In this document: piece by piece, positions 41,017 to 50,791 of the stretch
How positions within the stretch are numbered: the first letter of the stretch is position 1
Layout of the letters: each line of letters opens with the position of its first letter
The notes under the pieces: generated by a model
Seen by the model: the letters and a program-made list of their open reading frames with translations, nothing else
The model's database searches: none
What the model was told of the DNA's origin: nothing
Translations under genes and position numbers: made by a program
Assembly: GCA_040767195.1 (NCBI GenBank)
Contig: JAXGPA010000004.1
Location: 173,738 to 237,737, forward strand
Source of the DNA: Syntrophales bacterium
Lineage (GTDB): Bacteria > Desulfobacterota > Syntrophia > Syntrophales > UBA6807
Length of the DNA stretch: 64,000 bases
Reading direction: 5' to 3'

Positions 41017-41886
41017 TCATTTCTGTAATCCGTCCTGACGGGGTCGGGCCTCCCAGAGAACAGCGGCCAGGCGCCCGAACTCCCCCACCGTCAGGGTTTC
41101 CCCCCGTCTTTTCCCGTCCAGGCCCGCCCTTTCGAGAAGATCCGAAACGGGGGTTTCCCCCCCAAAATTCCTGAAATTATTGTAGAGGGTTTTTCTTCTT
41201 TGGGAAAAGGCCCGGCGGACCACCTGCCGGAAGAAGGCCTCATCAGGGACCGGGATGAGGGGGGTATCCCGAAAGGCCAGGCGGACAACGGCGGAGTGAA
41301 CTTTCGGCGCGGGGTAAAAACAGGACGGTGGAACGTCGAGTTCCCGGACCGGGTCGCCGTAGGCCCGGGCCATGACCGAGAGAATCCCGTAGGCTTTTGT
41401 CCCCGGAGAGGCGGTGAGACGGTCCGCCACTTCCTTCTGGAACATGAGCACGGCCTCGGATAACTGGCGGTGATACCGGATGAGATGGAAAAAAATGGGG
41501 GAGGACAGGTTGTAGGGAATGTTGCCAACGACCCGGAACCTCACCGTCCCTTTTTCTTCTTGTCGAAGCCGCTTCCCGAGGGCCGCGAAATCCACCTGGA
41601 GGATGTCCGCCTCGAGAATGTCCACGTTTCCCAGGGCTTTCAATTCTTCTCTCAGGATCTTCGTAAGCCGGGAATCCACCTCTACGGCCACGACCCGGGA
41701 AGCCCGGGCGGCGAGACACTCCGTCAGGAGGCCCAGGCCGGCACCGATTTCCACCACCGTCCCCCCTTTTTCGGGAACGGCAAGATCGCCGATTTTCCGA
41801 ATCATGTTCCCGTCGACGAGAAAGGACTGGCCGAGACCCTTGAGGGGCCGGATGCCGTGTTTTCGAAGCCGTTCCAGCGTCGTCAC
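41017..41886 (-). CDS. rsmA: 16S rRNA adenine dimethyltransferase
   Basis: GLGQSFL, VEIGAGLG, VGNIPYNLSSP, MFQKEVA, F.PAPKVHS, QRRKTL. Confidence 0.96.
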   Translation of the reverse strand: MTTLERLRKHGIRPLKGLGQSFLVDGNMIRKIGDLAVPEKGGTVVEIGAGLGLLTECLAARASRVVAVEVDSRLTKILREELKALGNVDILEADILQVDFAALGKRLRQEEKGTVRFRVVGNIPYNLSSPIFFHLIRYHRQLSEAVLMFQKEVADRLTASPGTKAYGILSVMARAYGDPVRELDVPPSCFYPAPKVHSAVVRLAFRDTPLIPVPDEAFFRQVVRRAFSQRRKTLYNNFRNFGGETPVSDLLERAGLDGKRRGETLTVGEFGRLAAVLWEARPRQDGLQK

Positions 41887-42341
41887 GGTTGTTCCCGTTT
41901 CCGGATCATTCGAAGGCTTCGAAGGGCGAGGGCGTAGCCGCCCAGGGCCAGGAAGGGGGCCATGGCGACGCCGCCCAGGAGAAGGGGCGCCATGACGGAT
42001 TTTCCCATGTGGAGGATCGTGTAGAAGGAATAATCGGAAAAAACGACCTCCATGGAATTCATACCCAGGAGACGCTTCCCAAGGTGGTACTGGGACAGGT
42101 AAAAAACGGGAATGGTGAGGGGATTGGAGACAAGCCAGGACCCGAGCCAGGCGGCGGTGAAATTTCGCCGGAAAAGAAGGACCAGGACAAGGATGATGAT
42201 CGTGTGAAAGGGAATCGTCGGGGTGACGCCGACGAAAATGCCGATGGCGAGGCTCATCGCGATGTGTTCAGGGGCCCCCCGGAGAGAGATGAACTGATCG
42301 TAGAACTTCTTCCACCAGGCCTTGACAAACCCCGGAATCAT
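41883..42341 (-). CDS. DUF2062 family membrane protein
   Basis: PEHIAMSLAIGIFVGVTP, SNPLTIP motifs. Confidence 0.8.
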   Translation of the reverse strand: MIPGFVKAWWKKFYDQFISLRGAPEHIAMSLAIGIFVGVTPTIPFHTIIILVLVLLFRRNFTAAWLGSWLVSNPLTIPVFYLSQYHLGKRLLGMNSMEVVFSDYSFYTILHMGKSVMAPLLLGGVAMAPFLALGGYALALRSLRMIRKREQP

Positions 42342-43354
42342 CGGAGGCTCTCCCCGAACTCCAGGGGCCACCGGGACAGGGCGTTCAGGTCAAGAGGGTC
42401 TCGTCTGCCTTTCAGCAGGAGGAAATGGCCGACGGCGCCGATCATGGCGGCGTTGTCGGTGCAAAGCCGAAGGGGGGGGATGAAGACCTCCACCCCTTTT
42501 TTTTCCGCCTCTTCGAGAAACCGCTGTCTCAGGCGGCTGTTGGCGGCAACTCCGCCGGAAACGACGACCCGGTCAAGACGGTTCTGTTCCGCCGCCCGAA
42601 GGGTTTTGTCCACGAGGACATCCACCACCGCCTCCTGGAAACTCGCGACGATGTGAGGCAGCTCCGCCGCCTCCACGGGATTCTCTCTCTTTTTCAGGTA
42701 ATGGAGCAGGGACGTCTTGAGGCCGCTGAAACTGAAATCGAGGCTGTCCCGCATGGAGCGGGGAAAAGAGATCCGCCCGGGGTCCCCCTCCTTGGCCAGG
42801 CGGTCGATGACGACCCCCCCGGGATACCCCAGGTCCAGCATCTTCGCCGCCTTGTCGAAGGCCTCCCCGGCGGCATCGTCCCGGGTCTGGCCGAGACACG
42901 CCACGGAGCCGAAATCCCGGACCCGGTAAATACTGGTATGCCCCCCTGACACGACAAGGGCGATGAAGGGGAATTCGGGGCGGCTCTCCGTCAGGAAAAC
43001 GGCGGCGATATGACCTTCCAGGTGATTCACGCCCACCAGGGGAAGACCGGAGGCGAAAGCCAGGGCCTTCGCCGTGTTCAGGCCCACCAGGAGGGACCCC
43101 ACGAGCCCCGGTCCCCGGGTGACGGCGATGGCCTCCAAATCCCCGAGGGTCGTGTTCCCGTCCTCGAGAGCCTGGAAGATAACGGGAACGATGGCTTCCA
43201 TGTGCTTCCGGGAAGCGATTTCGGGCACCACCCCGCCATAGCGGCTGTGCACCTGGACCTGGGAGGAGACGACATTGGAAAGAACCTCCGTCCCGTCCCG
43301 GATGACCGCCGCGGACGTTTCGTCGCAGGAAGATTCGATCGCCAGAAGCCGCAT
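42338..43354 (-). CDS. tsaD: tRNA N6-adenosine threonylcarbamoyltransferase
   Basis: LAIESSCDETS, GGVVPEIASRKH, VNHLEGH, VSGGHT, DDAAGEAFDK, FSFSGLKT, CTDNAAMI. Confidence 0.97.
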   Translation of the reverse strand: MRLLAIESSCDETSAAVIRDGTEVLSNVVSSQVQVHSRYGGVVPEIASRKHMEAIVPVIFQALEDGNTTLGDLEAIAVTRGPGLVGSLLVGLNTAKALAFASGLPLVGVNHLEGHIAAVFLTESRPEFPFIALVVSGGHTSIYRVRDFGSVACLGQTRDDAAGEAFDKAAKMLDLGYPGGVVIDRLAKEGDPGRISFPRSMRDSLDFSFSGLKTSLLHYLKKRENPVEAAELPHIVASFQEAVVDVLVDKTLRAAEQNRLDRVVVSGGVAANSRLRQRFLEEAEKKGVEVFIPPLRLCTDNAAMIGAVGHFLLLKGRRDPLDLNALSRWPLEFGESLR

Positions 43355-43472
43355 GAGATCCTGTTTAAAATTCCTTTCCTCAACGTAAGGAAAAAGATAT
43401 ATAAAAAAGCTGATTTTTTGTAAACAGAAAAGACCTTCAAAAAACGTCAAAAAGGGTGACAAGGGGTGTTTC

Positions 43473-45104
43473 ATGGAGGTTGAAACGGATTTTCTCGTTC
43501 TCGGCAGCGGCATCGCCGGTCTCAGTTTCGCCATAAAGGCGGCGGAGCTGGGCACCGTGGCCGTGGTCACGAAGAAAGAAAAGATCGAGTCGAACACCAA
43601 CTACGCCCAGGGGGGGATCGCCGTCGTCCTCGACAAGACGGACAGTTTCGACAGCCACATCAAGGACACCCTGGAAAGTGGCGCCGGGCTGTGCCGGGAA
43701 GAGGTGGTCCGCTTCGTGGTCCGTGAGGGACCGGAACGGATTGGGGAACTCATCGACTGGGGCGTGGATTTTACCCGCACGGAAGACAGGGACACGGCGC
43801 CTTTCGACCTCGGCCGCGAAGGGGGCCACAGCCACCGCCGGGTCATTCACGCCAGGGACTTCACCGGCCAGGAGGTGGAACGGGCCCTGGTGGAAAAGGC
43901 GGCCACCAGGGACAACATCCGGATTTATGAAAATTTCCTGGCCGTCAACCTCATTCTCGAATCGAAAGTCCGCGGTGTCGCCGGCGCCCGGGACGAAGGC
44001 CCGGACCGCTGCCTGGGCGCCTATGTCTTCGACATCCTGAAAAACCGGATCCACACCTTCCTGGCGAAGTTCGTTCTCATCGCCACGGGCGGCGCCGGAA
44101 AGGTCTACCTCATCACCACCAACCCCGACATCGCCACGGGGGACGGAATCGCCATGGCCTACCGGGCGGGCGCCCGCATCGCCAACATGGAGTTCATCCA
44201 GTTCCACCCGACCTGCCTTTATCACCCCGAAGCCAAGTCCTTCCTCATCAGCGAAGCGGTGCGGGGCGAGGGCGGTATTCTGCGCCTGAAAGACGGGACG
44301 ACGTTCATGGAAAATTACCACCCCATGAAAAGCCTGGCCCCCAGGGACATCGTCGCCCAGGCCATCGACGGGGAGCTGAAGAAGTCCGGCGATGAATACG
44401 TGCTTCTCGACATCACCCACCGATCCCGGGACTTCCTGAAGGACCGGTTCCCGAATATTTACGAGCGCTGTCTCGAATTCGACATCGACATGGCGGTGGA
44501 GCCGATCCCCGTCGTCCCGGCGGCGCACTACATCTGCGGGGGCATCCTGGTAAACGACTGGGGGGAGACATCCATCCGGGGTCTCTTCGCCTGCGGCGAA
44601 TCCTCCTGCACGGGCCTTCACGGGGCCAACCGGCTGGCGAGCAACTCGCTCCTGGAGGCCCTCGTCTTCGCCCACCGGGTATTCCTGAGAATCCGGGAAC
44701 GGTTCCCCGGAACGAGGCGGCCGGACCTTCCCGTTCCGCCCTGGGATCCCCGGGGCGCCCTCGAAAGCGACGATTCCGTCGTGGTTTCAAACAACTGGGA
44801 CGAGGTCCGGCGGAGCATGTGGAACTACGTGGGGATCGTCCGGACAAACAAGCGCCTCGACCGGGCCAAGAGGCGGATCGACCTCATTCTCCAGGAGATC
44901 GAGGAATACTACTGGAATTTCACCATCACCCGGGATCTCCTGGAACTCAGGAACATCGCCACGGTTGCGAAGCTCATCGTCACCTGCGCCCGGATGCGAA
45001 AGGAAAGCCGGGGGCTCCACCTGAACCGGGACTACCCCGGCAAGGACGACAGCTGGCGGAAAGACACGATCATCCAGCGGGGACTCACGGAAACGGGTCT
45101 CTGA
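43473..45104 (+). CDS. nadB: L-aspartate oxidase
   Basis: GSGIAG, NTNYAQGGIA, REGGHS, EFIQFHPT, LISEAVRGEG, LAPRDIV, HGANRLASNSLLE. Confidence 0.96.
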   Translation: MEVETDFLVLGSGIAGLSFAIKAAELGTVAVVTKKEKIESNTNYAQGGIAVVLDKTDSFDSHIKDTLESGAGLCREEVVRFVVREGPERIGELIDWGVDFTRTEDRDTAPFDLGREGGHSHRRVIHARDFTGQEVERALVEKAATRDNIRIYENFLAVNLILESKVRGVAGARDEGPDRCLGAYVFDILKNRIHTFLAKFVLIATGGAGKVYLITTNPDIATGDGIAMAYRAGARIANMEFIQFHPTCLYHPEAKSFLISEAVRGEGGILRLKDGTTFMENYHPMKSLAPRDIVAQAIDGELKKSGDEYVLLDITHRSRDFLKDRFPNIYERCLEFDIDMAVEPIPVVPAAHYICGGILVNDWGETSIRGLFACGESSCTGLHGANRLASNSLLEALVFAHRVFLRIRERFPGTRRPDLPVPPWDPRGALESDDSVVVSNNWDEVRRSMWNYVGIVRTNKRLDRAKRRIDLILQEIEEYYWNFTITRDLLELRNIATVAKLIVTCARMRKESRGLHLNRDYPGKDDSWRKDTIIQRGLTETGL

Positions 45105-45158
45105 GGGTTTAGCGAGGAGAAGATCCGCCGACTTCGAAGGCACCGGGATGCCGGGAAG

Positions 45159-45764
45159 TCACTCGCCGGGCCAGCGAAGCTGCAGCTGTCCCAGGACGCT
45201 CGAGAACACCAGGACCCGCGACGGTCCGCCCTCTTCCGGTACAGGGGCGTCGAACCGGAGGGAATAGAATTTTCCATACGGGGTGATGTAAGGGAAAAAG
45301 CCCTGGATGACGGGTGTGATGTTCTCTATCTCCCGAAGGTCCGCGGGGAAAAGGGTTTTTTCCTCCCCCAGGATCAGTGAAACTTTCCAGATCGAGTTGG
45401 ACCGGGCAAAATCGTTCCATTTTTTGTCGGGCACGTAGGCGTAGAAGAAATATTCCAGGCCGTCGAAATCGCCCGTCTCCAGGGCTTCACCGGCCCCTTT
45501 TTCGGCCGTCGAAGACGGGTGGATGCGGTCCCGTTCCTGCCGGTAGGCCTCGTTGAAGGCCCTGCTTCTTTCGGTCGCCACGACCCGGGCCATGGTTTCG
45601 AACTCGACATAGACGGTCTTCTCCCGGGTCCACCGGTCCAGGGTGTCGAGATAGGGCGCGGAAATCCGGCCTTCCCGGAGAATCTCGGCATAGTGCCGGA
45701 TCTCGCTACAGCTCAGACATGTCATCGAGAGAACGAACAAAACCCCCAAGGCAATCCGCTTCAT
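45159..45764 (-). CDS. Hypothetical lipoprotein
   Basis: GGAGG RBS; MKRIALGVLFVLSMTCLSC signal/lipobox; normal codon usage. Confidence 0.65.
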   Translation of the reverse strand: MKRIALGVLFVLSMTCLSCSEIRHYAEILREGRISAPYLDTLDRWTREKTVYVEFETMARVVATERSRAFNEAYRQERDRIHPSSTAEKGAGEALETGDFDGLEYFFYAYVPDKKWNDFARSNSIWKVSLILGEEKTLFPADLREIENITPVIQGFFPYITPYGKFYSLRFDAPVPEEGGPSRVLVFSSVLGQLQLRWPGE

Positions 45765-47061
45765 TGACCCCTCCGAAAACGCGGGAAAAGATGTAATTCA
45801 CATTCTTCAGAAAATTCTCCACCCGGAAGACCTCGTCCAGGTCAGCCTCGGTGAGGCGCTCCATGACCTCGCCGTCCTCCCGGAGAAGCCGTTTCAGTTC
45901 CGTTCCCTCCTGCCAGGTTTTCATGGCGTTCCTCTGGACAAGGGCGTAAGCCTCCTCCCGGGAAACCCCCTTCTCGACGAGTTTGAGCAGAACCATCTGG
46001 GAAAAGATGAGCCCGCCGGTCATCTCCAGGTTGGCGATCATCCGCCCGGGGTACACGAGAAGGCGGTCCATGAGCCCGGTGAAGCGGTGAAGCATGAAGT
46101 CCAGAAGGGTCGTCCCGTCCGGCCCGATGACCCGCTCCACCGAAGAGTGGCTGATGTCCCGCTCGTGCCAGAGGGGAACGTCCTCCAGCGCCGCCAGGGC
46201 GTAAGACCGGACGACCCGGGCCAGCCCCGACAGATTCTCCGAGAGAACGGGGTTTCTCTTGTGGGGCATGGCGGAAGAGCCCTTCTGGCCCGGGGAAAAA
46301 AATTCCTCCGCCTCCCGGACCTCGGTCCTCTGGAGAAGACGGATTTCCTGGGCGAACTTGTCTATGGACGACGCCGTGACGGCGAGGGCGCAGAAATACT
46401 CGGCGTGGCGGTCCCGCTGGACGATCTGGGAAGAGACGGGAGCGGGCTTCAGTCCCAGCCGGGCGCAGACGTACTCTTCCACGAAGGGGTCGACGAAGGA
46501 AAAGGTTCCCACGGCCCCGGAAAGCTTACCCACGCTGACCGCTTCCTTGGCCCGGAGGATCCGGTCCCGGTTTCGTTCCATTTCCTGGTACCAGAGCGCG
46601 AGCTTGAGCCCGAAGGTGATCGGTTCCGCGTGAATCCCGTGGGACCGGCCGATCATCAGGGTGTCCTTGTGGTGGAAGGCCTGGCGCCGGAGAACGGCGA
46701 GAAGGTCGTCGACGCCCCGGAGAATGATTTCCGCCGCCTCCCGGAGGAGAAGGGCGAGAGACGTGTCGAGGATGTCCGAGGAAGTGAGCCCCATGTGGAC
46801 GAACCGGGCGTCCTCGCCCACATGCTCGGACACGGACGTGAGAAAAGCGATGACGTCGTGTTTCACCACCTTTTCGATCTCGTCTATCCGCGCCACGTCG
46901 AAACCCGCCCTGGCCTGTATGTTCGCCAGGGCGGCGGCGGGGATCCTGCCCATGCTGGCGAGGGCTTCGCAGGCGAGGATCTCGATATCCAGCCATTTCC
47001 GGTAGCGGTTCTCGGGGCTCCAGAGGGCGGTCATTTCCGGTCTCGCGTAACGGGGTATCAA
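45706..47061 (-). CDS. purB: Adenylosuccinate lyase
   Basis: MIPRY, KHDVIAF, HMGLTSSD, GRSHGIHAEP, GSSAMPHKRNP, WHERDISHSSVER. Confidence 0.97.
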   Translation of the reverse strand: MIPRYARPEMTALWSPENRYRKWLDIEILACEALASMGRIPAAALANIQARAGFDVARIDEIEKVVKHDVIAFLTSVSEHVGEDARFVHMGLTSSDILDTSLALLLREAAEIILRGVDDLLAVLRRQAFHHKDTLMIGRSHGIHAEPITFGLKLALWYQEMERNRDRILRAKEAVSVGKLSGAVGTFSFVDPFVEEYVCARLGLKPAPVSSQIVQRDRHAEYFCALAVTASSIDKFAQEIRLLQRTEVREAEEFFSPGQKGSSAMPHKRNPVLSENLSGLARVVRSYALAALEDVPLWHERDISHSSVERVIGPDGTTLLDFMLHRFTGLMDRLLVYPGRMIANLEMTGGLIFSQMVLLKLVEKGVSREEAYALVQRNAMKTWQEGTELKRLLREDGEVMERLTEADLDEVFRVENFLKNVNYIFSRVFGGVNEADCLGGFVRSLDDMSEL

Positions 47062-47252
47062 GAAAAAGGTCTCCTTTTCTTTTTCCTGTTTTCATATTAT
47101 GAATGAATGAGGGAATCAAGCCATTTTCCGCCGACCCCGAAAAAACGGCCCCCATCGGGATCTTTCATCGCGAGACGCCGTGACGGGGGCCAACCCCGCC
47201 AATAAACTGCGAAAAAAAACTTGAAATTTTTTCTTGTATTTCCCCGAAAGGA

Positions 47253-47299
47253 AGACTATATATAGTAGTCATATTCATACAAGACACTATATATTGTGC
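47253..47299. promoter_or_regulatory. Tandem NrdR boxes upstream of nrdD
   Basis: AGACTATATATAGTAG (47253-47268) and ACACTATATATTGTGC (47284-47299), starts 31 bp apart, matching the NrdR consensus acaCwAtATaTwGtgt. Confidence 0.9.
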
Positions 47300-47337
47300 T
47301 TTACAGCGAAATCATTTCAAAGAGGGGGGAACAGAAC

Positions 47338-49455
47338 ATGTATGAATCGATCCAGAAACGGGATGGCCGGCTCGTTCCATTCGACGCCTCCAAGATCACC
47401 ACCGCCATCGCCAAGGCGGGGGGCGCCACGGGGGAGTTCGACGAGAAAATGGCCCGGCGGCTCACCGTTCGGGTGTTGAACCGGGCGGAAGACCTTTTCG
47501 GGAACCGGACCCCCTCGGTGGAGGAAATCCAGGACATTGTGGAGGAGGTCCTCCTGTCTTCCACCTACCGGATGACGGCGCGGGCCTACATCATCTACCG
47601 GGAGCAGCACGCCCGGCTCCGGGAGCTGGCGGACCGCATGGAGGTGGACCTGGTCGACAAGTATCTCAAGAAAAAGGACTGGAAGATAAACGAAAACAGC
47701 AACATGGATTACTCTCTCCAGGGGCTGAACAACTACATCTCCTCGGAGGTGAGCAAGATTTACTGGCTCAATGAAATCTACCCGCCGCAAGTCCGGAAGG
47801 CCCAGATGGAGGGGGATTTCCACATCCATGACCTGAGCATCCTGTCCGTCTACTGCGTCGGCTGGGACCTCCTCGACCTTCTCCGGGAAGGCTTCAGGGG
47901 GGTCTCGGGGAAGGTGGAAAGCCGGCCGGCAAAGCATTTCCGGAGCGCCCTGGGCCAGGTGGTGAATTTTTTCTACACCCTCCAGGGAGAGGCGGCGGGC
48001 GCCCAGGCCTTTTCCAGCTTCGACACCCTGCTCGCCCCCTTCATCCGGTATGACCGCCTGACCTACCCGGACGTCCGCCAGGCCCTCCAGGAATTCATCT
48101 TCAACATCAACGTTCCCACCCGGGTCGGGTTTCAGACCCCCTTCACCAACGTCACCCTGGACCTCACCGTCCCCGTCCATTTCGCCGACGAGCACGTCAT
48201 CATCGGGGGACAGCCGAAAGACGAAAAATACGGCGATTTCCAGAAGGAGATGGACCTCTTCAACCGGGCCTTCCTGGAGGTCATGGCGGAGGGGGACGCC
48301 CGGGGCCGGGTCTTCACCTTCCCCATCCCCACCTACAACATCACCCGGGACTTCAACTGGGACAACGGAAACCTGGAAGGCCTCTGGGAAATGACGGCAC
48401 GATACGGCGTCCCCTACTTTTCAAATTTCATCAACTCGGACATGAAGCCCGAAGACGCAAGGAGCATGTGCTGCCGTCTCAGGATAGACAACCGGGCCCT
48501 GAACTGTGAGGAAAAACAGGCCCTGGAGATGCGGGGCGGGGGCCTTTTCGGGTCTCACCCGCTCACGGGCTCCATCGGAGTGGTCACCCTGAATCTCCCG
48601 AGAATCGGGTACCTGGCCTCGACGGAGGAAGACTTCCTGAACCGTCTCGGGAAAGTCATGGACACGGCCCGGGAAAGCCTGGAAATCAAGCGCAAGGTCC
48701 TGGAAAAATTCACCGACGGGAATCTTTACCCTTACACCAAGTATTACCTGAGAGGCGTGAAGGCCCGTTTCGGCCAGTACTGGAAGAACCATTTTTCCAC
48801 CATCGGCCTCGTGGGAATGAACGAGGCGTGCCTCAACCTCATGAATGAAAACATCGCGTCACCGGAAGGTCACCGGTTCGCCCGGAAGGTCCTCGACTTC
48901 ATGCGGGACCGCCTCCTCCGGTTCCAGGAGGAAACGGGGAACAACTTCAACCTGGAAGCCACCCCGGCGGAGGGGACGTCCTACAGCCTCGCCCGGATCG
49001 ACCGGAAACGCTACCCCGACATCGTGTGCGCCAACGGAAACGGACACGGCGGAAACGGGCACGAGCCTTTCTACACGAATTCGAGCCAGCTGCCGGTACA
49101 GTTCACCGACGACCTGTTCGAAGCCCTCGACCTCCAGGACGACATCCAGACCCGGTACACGGGGGGAACGGTGTTTCACATTTTCGCCGGCGAGCAGATA
49201 AGCGACTGCACCGCCGTGAAGAGGCTGGTCCGGAAGGTCTGCGAAACCTATTCCCTGCCCTATTTCACCTTCTCCCCCACCTTCAGCGTGTGCCCCGATC
49301 ACGGCTATCTCCGGGGAGAGCAGGCGGCCTGTCCCGCCTGCGGGGCCTCCTGCGAGGTCTATTCCCGGGTCGTGGGGTACCTGCGCCCCGTCAACCAGTG
49401 GAACAAGGGAAAGCAGGAAGAATTTTCCCTGAGGAGGACCTTTTCCCTTCAGTGA
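47338..49455 (+). CDS. nrdD: Anaerobic (class III) ribonucleoside-triphosphate reductase with ATP cone
   Basis: ATP cone IQKRDG...VEEIQDIVE; HIHDL, SMCCRL, EATPAEG, YTNSS, CPDHG/CPAC, glycyl radical loop RVVGYLRP. Confidence 0.96.
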   Translation: MYESIQKRDGRLVPFDASKITTAIAKAGGATGEFDEKMARRLTVRVLNRAEDLFGNRTPSVEEIQDIVEEVLLSSTYRMTARAYIIYREQHARLRELADRMEVDLVDKYLKKKDWKINENSNMDYSLQGLNNYISSEVSKIYWLNEIYPPQVRKAQMEGDFHIHDLSILSVYCVGWDLLDLLREGFRGVSGKVESRPAKHFRSALGQVVNFFYTLQGEAAGAQAFSSFDTLLAPFIRYDRLTYPDVRQALQEFIFNINVPTRVGFQTPFTNVTLDLTVPVHFADEHVIIGGQPKDEKYGDFQKEMDLFNRAFLEVMAEGDARGRVFTFPIPTYNITRDFNWDNGNLEGLWEMTARYGVPYFSNFINSDMKPEDARSMCCRLRIDNRALNCEEKQALEMRGGGLFGSHPLTGSIGVVTLNLPRIGYLASTEEDFLNRLGKVMDTARESLEIKRKVLEKFTDGNLYPYTKYYLRGVKARFGQYWKNHFSTIGLVGMNEACLNLMNENIASPEGHRFARKVLDFMRDRLLRFQEETGNNFNLEATPAEGTSYSLARIDRKRYPDIVCANGNGHGGNGHEPFYTNSSQLPVQFTDDLFEALDLQDDIQTRYTGGTVFHIFAGEQISDCTAVKRLVRKVCETYSLPYFTFSPTFSVCPDHGYLRGEQAACPACGASCEVYSRVVGYLRPVNQWNKGKQEEFSLRRTFSLQ

Positions 49456-49473
49456 GGCCTGTCGGCTGAAGAA

Positions 49474-50175
49474 ATGAAAATCGGAGGATTACAGAAGGTT
49501 TCCCTCATCGATTACCCGGGAAGGATCTCCGCCGTCGTTTTCACCCAGGGGTGCAACTTTCGCTGTCCCTACTGCCACAACCCCGGCCTTCTTCCCGCGG
49601 ACCCCCCGGCGGCCCTTCTCGCCGAGGAAGACGTCCTGTTCTTCCTGGAAAAGAGGCGTGGGCGCCTTGATGGCGTCACCGTCTCCGGCGGCGAACCGAC
49701 GATCCAGGCCGGCCTGGCGGGGTTTTTGAGAAAGGTGAAATCCCTGGGGTATCCCGTGAAACTCGACACGAACGGGTCCGTCCCGGCCGTCCTGGCGGCC
49801 CTCCTGGCGGAGGGCCTGGTGGACTACGTGGCCATGGACGTCAAAGCCCCGCCGGCGAAATACGGGATCCTCTCGGGAAGCGCCGTTCCCTTTTCCCGCA
49901 TCCGGGAAAGCGCCGATATCCTGAGAAACGCCGGGACACCCTGCGAGTTCAGGACCACGGTGGTCCCCTCTCTCCTCGACGAGGCGGATCTCGCGGGCCT
50001 CATGGCGGCCATCGGCCCCGTCCCCGGCCCCGCCGGCCGCTTCGTCCTCCAGAGATTCCTGCCGTCCAACACCCTGTCTCCCGACCTCGGCCGGGAGAGG
50101 GGGTCGAGCCTGGACGAGCTCCGGGACCTGGCGGCCCGGCTCTCCCCCGGGGGGACGGGGATTCTCGTCCGCTGA
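49474..50175 (+). CDS. nrdG: Anaerobic ribonucleotide reductase activating radical SAM protein
   Basis: SLIDYPG, GCNFRCPYCHN, SGGEPT, KLDTNG, FRTT; directly after nrdD. Confidence 0.93.
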   Translation: MKIGGLQKVSLIDYPGRISAVVFTQGCNFRCPYCHNPGLLPADPPAALLAEEDVLFFLEKRRGRLDGVTVSGGEPTIQAGLAGFLRKVKSLGYPVKLDTNGSVPAVLAALLAEGLVDYVAMDVKAPPAKYGILSGSAVPFSRIRESADILRNAGTPCEFRTTVVPSLLDEADLAGLMAAIGPVPGPAGRFVLQRFLPSNTLSPDLGRERGSSLDELRDLAARLSPGGTGILVR

Positions 50176-50187
50176 GGGGGGCCTTCG

Positions 50188-50610
50188 TCAGGATCGGCCG
50201 GACACCTGGACCACGAGAGACCGCCGCCTCGGGCGGTTGTCGAAGTCGATGAAAACGATCTGCTGCCACGTCCCAAGGGTCATCCGCCCCCCCGAGACGG
50301 GCACCGCCAGGGACGGGCCGACAAGGGACGCCCGCACATGGGAGTGGCCGTTCCCGTCTCCCCACCGGGCGTCGTGGTGATAGGAAATACCGCGGGGAAC
50401 CAGGCGCTCCAGGGCCTCCTTCAGGTCCCGGACGACCCCGCTTTCATACTCGATGGTGGTGAGCCCCCCCGTGGAACCGGGAACAAAGACAATAACCGTC
50501 CCCTCGATGATGCCCGCTTCCCCGATCCGGGCCTCGACAGCGGCGGTGATATCCACGACGTCATCGTTTCCAGCCGTGGAAAGTTCGATCTCCATCGTTC
50601 TGATTTTCAT
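50188..50610 (-). CDS. yjbQ: YjbQ/UPF0047 family protein
   Basis: GSTGGLTTIE, HDARWGDGNGHSH, LGTWQQIVFIDFD. Confidence 0.9.
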   Translation of the reverse strand: MKIRTMEIELSTAGNDDVVDITAAVEARIGEAGIIEGTVIVFVPGSTGGLTTIEYESGVVRDLKEALERLVPRGISYHHDARWGDGNGHSHVRASLVGPSLAVPVSGGRMTLGTWQQIVFIDFDNRPRRRSLVVQVSGRS

Positions 50611-50791
50611 GAAACCTCCTCACGGAAACCTTCTTTCAATGTCCGCCCTCTATCACGGGAAGCCGCCCGGGGCAAGACCGGCGGGGAAAAACGGCCTTGC
50701 CAACCCTTCGTTTATCTGATAGGCATAGGTCGTCGTTTCTGACGAATAAGAAGGGGTGTGTGCCTTTATCTTTCAAGGCGGAAGCAGGATC

